Positions 27,779-34,827 of a stretch of 64,000 bases of DNA are shown in pieces. The DNA comes from an uncultured Bacteroidales bacterium (lineage in GTDB: Bacteria > Bacteroidota > Bacteroidia > Bacteroidales > Paludibacteraceae). Each line of letters opens with the position of its first letter. Position 1 is the stretch's first letter. The notes under the pieces were generated by a model. It searched no databases. It was not told the origin of the DNA and saw nothing but the letters and a program-made list of their open reading frames with translations. The stretch covers positions 19 through 64,018 of the forward strand of contig CALFTM010000049.1 of NCBI GenBank assembly GCA_937916355.1. Direction: 5' to 3'. Made by a program: the position numbers and the translations under genes.

Positions 27779-29655
27779 GAAAATCTATTTTTACAATAGC
27801 TGCGCTTTTTTGCGCTTCGGTTTCTTTTGCGCAAAACTCCGATTATGTGATGAATATCATCCAAAACGGAGAAAAGGTTTATACTGAAAAGTGTGAGGAT
27901 GTGGATTCCATCAAACCTCTCAACGATAAAATATCCATTTTTGAGGGAAGCAAAGTCAAAACTTTCGACACTGCCCTAACAGAAATGACTTTTGAGGAGA
28001 TCGTCGCTGCAAACGACACGGTGGAAATCATTTACGGGGAAGAGGTAAGAATCTCAAACCCATACGAAGAGACCATCCTCATATCCGTTGACGGGAACGA
28101 TGTGAATGTGAATTGCGTCAACCAACTGAAAGATGTTGTCTATAAACTCTCCGGAACTTCTGAAAATGGATGTTTTGTCATCGAAACACCAAGAAAGTTC
28201 ACATTGGTTCTGGACAACCTCTCATTGAAATCACAAGGAGAAACTTCTCCTATCCGTTCTTTCTCCAGCTCAACGATGCAGATCGTTCTTCCTGACGGAA
28301 CATCTTCTTATCTGGAGGACTCCGCTAACGACACCTGCAATGCGACCCTCCGCAGCAAAGGTCAAATCATATTCTCGAATGAAGGAGATGGAAAACTCAC
28401 AATAGAGGCAAAACAGAAAAGAGCCATACAGACTGGAGACTATTTAGAAATCAACGGAGGTAATATCTTCGCCAATTCGACATTAGGAGATGCCGTAAAG
28501 GCAAACGACTACATCGAAATGAATGGTGGTTCTCTTACCACAACTGGCACTGGTATCGAGATAGAGAAGGGTTATGCACTCATCAACGGAGGTACTATCA
28601 CTTGCACGTCCAATGAAGCAGACATCAATATGTTTAAGGTAGCGATGGATTCTACGATTGCCGCATCTGCTGAAAATGGAACATTCACCATGAATGGAGG
28701 AAAACTCATTTTGAATGTGAACGGGGATGCTTCTAAGGGTGTCAAAGCTGAAAACGACATCATCATCAACGGAGGTGAAATCGTGGGTGTCGTTAAAGGT
28801 AGTGCATTAGAATTTGGAGAGGACGTATCATACGCTTCTTTAATGAAAGCCGACAATACACTGCAAGTGTTAGGAGGAAAAATTAATATTGAACTGGATG
28901 AATTTGCACAAGGATCCCGTGGACTCACCTCTGATTTTGGCATCACTTTTGATGGTGGAGCTAATGTTAAAATCATTGCAGGATGTGAATTTTACGAGAC
29001 AAATAGAGGAAAGGTAAAAGAGGGAAACGGAATAAAAACTGATGGCGACATCATTTTCAACGATTGCAATATCGAAATCATCTCCACCTACGATGAAAAT
29101 GGCGCATTCTGCGTTACCACAGAGGGTGATAAGATAGAAGTAAACGAAAACGCGAATGTTTACCTATATTCTACATCTGAGTGCGCTGCAAAGGGTGCAA
29201 GTTCTACTCTATTTATCAAGGGAGGAACAATCATCGCATACGCCAGCAGCACTTTGAGAAAAGTGACACTGACTAAATTGAGCATCGCATACCACAGCGG
29301 ATACTACATTGGCATCGGATATGGACTAACACTCTCTAATATTTCTTCCAATGGTAGCCAAAAGGGAGCGTTCGCAGATGCCACGTACCCAATCAACAGC
29401 GCATTCCAACTTAAAGACACAAACGGAAATTCTGTCTTTACTTTCTCTGGAATGGAAAATGGTTCTGAAACTGCCTATTTGCAAGTATTCGCACCAGTCT
29501 TAACAGAAGGGGCTCAACTCACCTATAACCTTGGCGGAACGACATCTGGAGGTACTACTTTCCACGGATTCAGCACTGATGCCAATTATAGTGGAGGAAC
29601 TGATTATGCGTTTACAGCACCAACGAAATCCAATATTGTGAAGATTACAAAATAA
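27775..29655 (+). CDS. Secreted beta-helix-like protein (possibly the Cthe_2159-type carbohydrate-binding family)
   Basis: 626 aa with signal peptide MRKSIFTIAALFCASVSFAQ. Repetitive G/N/T-rich strands (INGGNI, MNGGSL, INGGTI, MNGGKL, INGGEI). The start overlaps the upstream stop (ATGA). Confidence 0.7.
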   Translation: MRKSIFTIAALFCASVSFAQNSDYVMNIIQNGEKVYTEKCEDVDSIKPLNDKISIFEGSKVKTFDTALTEMTFEEIVAANDTVEIIYGEEVRISNPYEETILISVDGNDVNVNCVNQLKDVVYKLSGTSENGCFVIETPRKFTLVLDNLSLKSQGETSPIRSFSSSTMQIVLPDGTSSYLEDSANDTCNATLRSKGQIIFSNEGDGKLTIEAKQKRAIQTGDYLEINGGNIFANSTLGDAVKANDYIEMNGGSLTTTGTGIEIEKGYALINGGTITCTSNEADINMFKVAMDSTIAASAENGTFTMNGGKLILNVNGDASKGVKAENDIIINGGEIVGVVKGSALEFGEDVSYASLMKADNTLQVLGGKINIELDEFAQGSRGLTSDFGITFDGGANVKIIAGCEFYETNRGKVKEGNGIKTDGDIIFNDCNIEIISTYDENGAFCVTTEGDKIEVNENANVYLYSTSECAAKGASSTLFIKGGTIIAYASSTLRKVTLTKLSIAYHSGYYIGIGYGLTLSNISSNGSQKGAFADATYPINSAFQLKDTNGNSVFTFSGMENGSETAYLQVFAPVLTEGAQLTYNLGGTTSGGTTFHGFSTDANYSGGTDYAFTAPTKSNIVKITK

Positions 29656-29674
29656 TCTGATAGCAGATTTCAAA

Positions 29675-29711
29675 GAGGGGTGTGTCCAAATTGGCGCACC
29701 CTTCTTTTTTT
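29675..29711 (+). terminator. Rho-independent terminator after 27775..29655
   Basis: GGGTGTG ... CGCACCC stem followed by TTCTTTTTTTT. Confidence 0.75.
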
Positions 29712-29712
29712 A

Positions 29713-30030
29713 TTATTACTGTCCGCTAAAACTTTTTGAAAGTTTTCTCAAACTATATTTTGTCGGACAGCCGATATGTTAGGTGTATAAACACTCCAAT
29801 GTAGGGAAAAAACGGCATAATAAGGCTTCAAATGGCAAATAAAACCATGAGTAAGGAGGTTAATATGGTTTGTAATGTAGATTTTTTTATCGGACAGCCG
29901 TTATTTTTATTTCAAGGGGCTTATCCATACTTTATATAATGTAATATACTGTTTATAATAGAGTTGCTAAGATAATTTATTGTTTAGCGGACAGTAATAT
30001 TTTTTTAAAACTTTTAGCGAACAGTAATAA
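29713..30030. repeat. 318-bp element bounded by 19-bp inverted repeats (MITE-like or protein-binding array)
   Basis: The left arm TTATTACTGTCCGCTAAAA (29713..29731) matches the reverse complement of 30012..30030 at 18/19 positions. An extra internal copy lies at 29983..29999. The CGGACAG core occurs five times. Confidence 0.6.
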
Positions 30031-30059
30031 AAGAATATGAGAAAAAAGCAAGTAATCAC

Positions 30060-30091
30060 AAAAAAAACGGCAGGACACATTTGCCTGCCGT
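30060..30091 (-). terminator. Rho-independent terminator after the SPFH gene
   Basis: Minus-strand ACGGCAGG ... CCTGCCGT followed by a U-run, 19 nt after the stop. Confidence 0.85.
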
Positions 30092-30109
30092 CTATAATAG
30101 AACATACGC

Positions 30110-30910
30110 TTATTTAGTCATGTCTTTGTACAATTTTGGAACTTCCCCATATTGAGGCATCTTACCATCCCACTTCTCAATAAACATCTGTTGGATAATA
30201 AGAGGTGTAAGAGCAGAGGCTTTTAAGTCGTTGACCTTCTTTTCTGCTTCTGCAGCGATGACCTTCGCTTTTGCTTCCGCTTCAGCTTGACGCAATTTGT
30301 TTTCAGCCTGATATGCCTCTTGAGTCGTACGGTTCTTTGCGTCGATAGCGTCCTTCAAAGACTGAGGAGCCGTGATATTAGAAGTCAACTGCTGGAAAAT
30401 AAAACCTTCCTTGTTCAGTTCGTCAACCAACATTTTTTGAACAGCCAACTCAAAATCCTGACGATTACTGATTAATGAATCAGAAGGGAACTGATTCGCC
30501 ACAATACGATAACTATCCATGATAACATTGCGGATATAACCATCCTCCAGTTCGCCAAGACTTCTTCTGTACTGACGGAACATCTGAGGAACTCGACTTC
30601 TGTCCACATAGTAAGAGAATGTAGGGTCAACAGTAAATTCAGAACCATCCTTCGCATTCACATAAAAAGGCGAATAGTCCTTCACCTGAGTAAATGTAGG
30701 GAATTCATGAATCTGAGTAAACAACGGCAAGTAGAATACCCAACCGGTCACCTCCGTAATGTCATCAACACCTCTGTTGTCTCCAACAAGGTTCACTTTG
30801 ATACCCACACACCCGGCATCAATTCGTTCTACTCCTACAAAGACTTTAAAAAGAAATCCCATTCCGACAAGAAGAACAAATGATAACAATAAAACACGAA
30901 ATGATTTCAT
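30110..30910 (-). CDS. SPFH/Band 7 (prohibitin/HflC-like) membrane protein
   Basis: 266 aa. N-terminal TM, an SPFH-like core and an Ala/Glu/Lys coiled coil (QAEAEAKAKVIAAEAEKK). Confidence 0.85.
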   Translation of the reverse strand: MKSFRVLLLSFVLLVGMGFLFKVFVGVERIDAGCVGIKVNLVGDNRGVDDITEVTGWVFYLPLFTQIHEFPTFTQVKDYSPFYVNAKDGSEFTVDPTFSYYVDRSRVPQMFRQYRRSLGELEDGYIRNVIMDSYRIVANQFPSDSLISNRQDFELAVQKMLVDELNKEGFIFQQLTSNITAPQSLKDAIDAKNRTTQEAYQAENKLRQAEAEAKAKVIAAEAEKKVNDLKASALTPLIIQQMFIEKWDGKMPQYGEVPKLYKDMTK

Positions 30911-30911
30911 A

Positions 30912-31292
30912 CTACAATATGATTAAAAAGATTAGAATTAACACTATAATCACAACATGCGCCGAGTCGACCGATAATTTTTCGCCCAATTTTATTTTTG
31001 GCACATTCAACGCATTGAACATGTTTTGCAAAAATTCGCCCACAATTTTCTGATAGTCCACGATTTTCTGAAGAGCCGGAAACATCTTGTCCCTGTATTG
31101 CGACAACTTCCATCCCATGACATAAAAAAACAGAAATATCGCAAGGAGGATTTTAAAAACCACAGAGAAACCAAAACTACCCAACAGAGAGGAATCGAAT
31201 CCAATCAACAAAAAAAACAGTACGAGTGCGACAAAAATCAGTACAACATCAAAAGTTTTCATAACTAATTCAAATATTATTTCAGTCGACAA
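30912..31292 (-). CDS. Hypothetical polytopic membrane protein, co-transcribed with the SPFH gene
   Basis: 126 aa with 3-4 hydrophobic segments. The stop lies 1 nt before the SPFH start. Confidence 0.65.
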   Translation of the reverse strand: MSTEIIFELVMKTFDVVLIFVALVLFFLLIGFDSSLLGSFGFSVVFKILLAIFLFFYVMGWKLSQYRDKMFPALQKIVDYQKIVGEFLQNMFNALNVPKIKLGEKLSVDSAHVVIIVLILIFLIIL

Positions 31293-31450
31293 AGTTATAA
31301 AATTTCTTCATTACCACCTATAAAAACAAAAATTCTATTTAGAACAAATATGAAAAATATATAAATTCCACACTATTTTCTCCTATACACCAAAATTTCA
31401 CCCACATTACAAAACACAAAATAACAATCGAAAAACTTCATCGCATAAAA

Positions 31451-31488
31451 ATAAAAAAGAGGGACGTGCCGTCCGGCAAACCCCTCTT
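31451..31488 (-). terminator. Terminator downstream of 31611..32486
   Basis: Minus-strand AGAGGG...CCCTCT stem with inner GGAC/GTCC pairs, then a U-run. Confidence 0.65.
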
Positions 31489-31610
31489 AAAACGCAACTT
31501 AGAACTACTAAACATAGAATATGCAAACTAAACCATTTTGAGAGGTAGTCTCTCATAATTCTCTAATTATATTACTGCAAATTCCATGCCAAAGTCCCAT
31601 CAGTTTCAAA

Positions 31611-32486
31611 TTATTTTATCAAAATCTGTCGAGAATAGACTCCGACAGGATAATTTACGCTTTTTACTGCGGCTGGATCAACTTTTTCCAAGTAATTATT
31701 TACTTGACGAAGATCGAATGGCTCCTCAGTCGCAATCAAAATCAAATTATCAACTCCAGCTGGTTCCGCAAATTGAACCGGATAGGTTGACAAATCAATC
31801 GTACAATTCGCAGGAATCAACAAATGGGACATTGTTGTCGCATCATCAATTGGCAAGCAAACCGAACGGTTTTTCTGAGAATCAATATCCAAAATATTGA
31901 TGTACAAAGCAGATTCACTGTTGTTTTTGATACGGAAAATCGCCTGCTTGTCAATTTTAACAACACCCTCCAATGATTGCTTTGTTTCACGATCGAGCAC
32001 CTCAAATGTCACTGCATAGTCAGTCGCCGCATTATCATAACTATCAAATGATTTTCCTTTTGCCCTGAAAACCAAAGCCTGCGCAATATCATTTTCAATA
32101 ATGTCTCCACGATAAGTACAACCGGCAGCCTCATGACTGATGCGGTCTGAACCTCCATTGAAGAGTGCCTTTGACGCATGACTAACGAAATTAGCCGAGT
32201 AAGACTGCTTTCCTTTATAGTTGGCAATCAATTCACTCATTTTCTTGCTATTGGTTTGAGCAAAAGAATATAGTTTTTCAGCCTTCCTATCCAAAACTGA
32301 CAATGCAGAATTATCTCCTACCCTAACAATGTCTGTTTCAGAAAGTTGATCTCTTTTCTGAAGCAATTGCCACTTTCCGTTAACTTGCTTTTCTGCCACT
32401 CCAATGACACTATATACATACATATTCTGGGCGAACAGCATGCTACATAACATACTCATTACCGCAACTAAAAAAATTCTCTTCAT
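31611..32486 (-). CDS. Exported FecR-like / DUF4384-like protein
   Basis: 291 aa with signal peptide MKRIFLVAVMSMLCSMLFAQ. The N-terminal DIVRVGDNSALSVLD is FecR-like. The C-terminal FRIKNNSESALYINILDIDSQKNRSVCLP...LLIPANCTIDL...FAEPAGVDNLILIATEEPFD is DUF4384-like. Confidence 0.65.
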   Translation of the reverse strand: MKRIFLVAVMSMLCSMLFAQNMYVYSVIGVAEKQVNGKWQLLQKRDQLSETDIVRVGDNSALSVLDRKAEKLYSFAQTNSKKMSELIANYKGKQSYSANFVSHASKALFNGGSDRISHEAAGCTYRGDIIENDIAQALVFRAKGKSFDSYDNAATDYAVTFEVLDRETKQSLEGVVKIDKQAIFRIKNNSESALYINILDIDSQKNRSVCLPIDDATTMSHLLIPANCTIDLSTYPVQFAEPAGVDNLILIATEEPFDLRQVNNYLEKVDPAAVKSVNYPVGVYSRQILIK

Positions 32487-32760
32487 AAGCTATTTTTTTT
32501 AAGTTTAACCTATTATTTTCTTCACTCTTCAAAATTCGATTTAAAAAACTTTTTAGCCTTCTTTTAGATTTTTAAAGAATATACAACAAAATATTGGTTA
32601 CCAACAAATTAGTTTTTTTATATTCTCAAAAGAAAAAAAGAGCTCCGATAATCCCCCCACAAATCTCTCCAATAATCAATGCCAAATTATAGAAAAAATT
32701 TCAGATGTGCAAGTATGGACACGGAAACCGCCTCCACTTTATGATAATGTTTCTTCAGAG

Positions 32761-32788
32761 AAAAACAACGGGAGGAATCCCCCCGTTG
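32761..32788 (-). terminator. Rho-independent terminator after the caspase gene
   Basis: Minus-strand CAACGGG ... CCCGTTG followed by TTTTT, 10 nt after the stop. Confidence 0.8.
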
Positions 32789-32798
32789 TCATCATTCA

Positions 32799-34823
32799 CT
32801 ATTTCTCGAACAAAATAAAGTTTCCTTGTCGATTTTCAAAGATTGGCATCTGTCTACCTTTAGTTGCTTTACGAACTTGGTCTCTGATATAGAGTTCCAG
32901 AGCATCCAAAGTGACATTTCCGTTTTCATCAACCGCCGCACCCTTGATTCCTTCTAACAGTGCTTTGGTGAAAATTCCGTTTTTCCATTCATCCGACTCT
33001 GTCGACTTCTGGGAAGCCGTACTTGAGTAGAATCCGATCACATCCGGGTCTGCCAACGAGAAACCTTCCGTAACAGATTTCACACCATACATCGAACCAG
33101 AATGACACGCATCCATGAAAATAATGATACGACATCTCTTATCTTTCAATCTCTTCAACGCACTTTTGATGATATCGAAATCAACCGCAGTGGTAAACAA
33201 ATCGTTGCTTTCTGCATTACAAGACAAGAAGTATGTTTCGAATCCCTCTTTCGCACCATGTCCAGAGAAGAAAAGCAACACCACATCACCTTGTTCAACC
33301 GTATTTACCAAATTAGATAGACCTCTCTTAATATTTCGGTCGGTTGCCTCTTTATCTTTAATCAAATTGGCTGTCGCCAACATTTTGTATTGAGACAAAT
33401 TACAAGTCTTTACAGTGTTTAGGAAATCTTCCGCATCTTTTGCGGCATTTTGAAGTTTCAAATCACTCTGATCATAGTCACTCACACCCACAGAGAAGAC
33501 ATGCAACGCAGGTTTCGGACGGTCTCCGCGATAGTGGAGTAACACCACCGCAGGATCACTATTCTGTCCTTTGTTATCTTTTGCGATCAACTGCACTCTA
33601 CAATTCGCCACCCTTGGCAATGTTAGTGTGAGCAACTTTCCGACCTGTTTCACACCCTTCGTGCGAGGGTATAACTCTCCGTTCACATAAGCAATGATTT
33701 CAGGCTCTGACCCATCATGAGTGGTTGTTTCATAAATGAAAGTCACCTCAGTATTAGAATAGTAAGAACCCTCTTTCGGACTTAAAATTTTGATAGTAGG
33801 CGCGCCCGCCACTTTTGTAGTGGTGTTTTTCACTGGTTTTGACGGCGGAGTTACCGGTGGAGCAGGCGGTGAGACTGGCTTCTTTTCTTCCACTTGTTGA
33901 GCAGCCAAATTAGGAGTTTTGTAGGTGAACGACTCCAAATTAGGCACCTGAGAAGCTGGCACTTTTGCCTTAGGAGTCTTTTTTTGCCATGCCAAAGCAG
34001 CAGTCCTCGCCTCCGTTGCAGTAGCATATCGAGGCTTCACCACAAACGTTCCAGAACGGTCGATCGCACACCATTTCCCTTTGTACTTCACAACGGCGAA
34101 AAAGGTCTGTGAATTGAACATAGAGTTTTTTTCGACATTGTCAAACACTGGCTTGATCACCCAATTTCCCAAATAGTTGACAAAACCGATTTTTTTCACA
34201 TTACCCTTCAATCCGATGTAAATGTTTTCTCCGACCGGAGCACCTTTTTGCCACTCCGCAACTGCCACTTTCACTGCAGAAACAGAAGGGAAATAAGGGT
34301 TGATGAACATCACTCCTTCAGTATTCAGACAACCCCATTGACCATCCAACTTAACAATAGAGTAGGAAAAACCCTTGCTGAAATTGGTTTCCGGATCCAC
34401 CTCTTCGTAAATCGGACGAAAATACATCTCTCCCGTATAAGTCACAAAACCCCAACGGTTGTAAGAAGCATCGAAAACCGGATAAAGGAACTTATCCTTT
34501 GAAGCATTTGTTGAAGCCATACGAGCAGCCCGAGCAGCCAATTCCTTGGTTTCAAACACTGGCTTGGTATAAAAATTCCCTTTTCGATCAATACCACCCC
34601 ATTTGCCGTTCAATTTGACTACCGCATACTTTTTGCTTCCAAAAGCATTCGACACATCATACTCTTCAAATTTCGGTTCTACCACCCACGTAGAACCATT
34701 TTTGAATCCCCACCTACCGGTTTTAGGACTCTTCTCCGCTTTTTGCGCACTCAATGGCAAAGCCATCAAGAAAAATGCCAAAAAAGCCACCAGTTTACGC
34801 CATGAAATATTTCTCATTATCAT
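32799..34823 (-). CDS. Exported WG-repeat / Ig-like / caspase (peptidase C14) domain protein
   Basis: Signal peptide ...FFLMALPLSAQ. Repeated KWGxIDxxG-type WG motifs and a Pro-rich linker. Caspase His in FFSGHG (codon 33258..33260) and Cys in DACHSG (codon 33105..33107). The start could be 34823 or 34817. Confidence 0.85.
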   Translation of the reverse strand: MIMRNISWRKLVAFLAFFLMALPLSAQKAEKSPKTGRWGFKNGSTWVVEPKFEEYDVSNAFGSKKYAVVKLNGKWGGIDRKGNFYTKPVFETKELAARAARMASTNASKDKFLYPVFDASYNRWGFVTYTGEMYFRPIYEEVDPETNFSKGFSYSIVKLDGQWGCLNTEGVMFINPYFPSVSAVKVAVAEWQKGAPVGENIYIGLKGNVKKIGFVNYLGNWVIKPVFDNVEKNSMFNSQTFFAVVKYKGKWCAIDRSGTFVVKPRYATATEARTAALAWQKKTPKAKVPASQVPNLESFTYKTPNLAAQQVEEKKPVSPPAPPVTPPSKPVKNTTTKVAGAPTIKILSPKEGSYYSNTEVTFIYETTTHDGSEPEIIAYVNGELYPRTKGVKQVGKLLTLTLPRVANCRVQLIAKDNKGQNSDPAVVLLHYRGDRPKPALHVFSVGVSDYDQSDLKLQNAAKDAEDFLNTVKTCNLSQYKMLATANLIKDKEATDRNIKRGLSNLVNTVEQGDVVLLFFSGHGAKEGFETYFLSCNAESNDLFTTAVDFDIIKSALKRLKDKRCRIIIFMDACHSGSMYGVKSVTEGFSLADPDVIGFYSSTASQKSTESDEWKNGIFTKALLEGIKGAAVDENGNVTLDALELYIRDQVRKATKGRQMPIFENRQGNFILFEK

Positions 34824-34827
34824 ATAA

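Noticed and set aside
29713-30030. Bacteroides-style invertible promoter (phase-variation switch)
   Set aside because: The element lies between the 3' ends and terminators of two convergent genes, so either orientation would only drive antisense transcription. I found no exact TAnnTTTG box inside it and no recombinase gene in the window.
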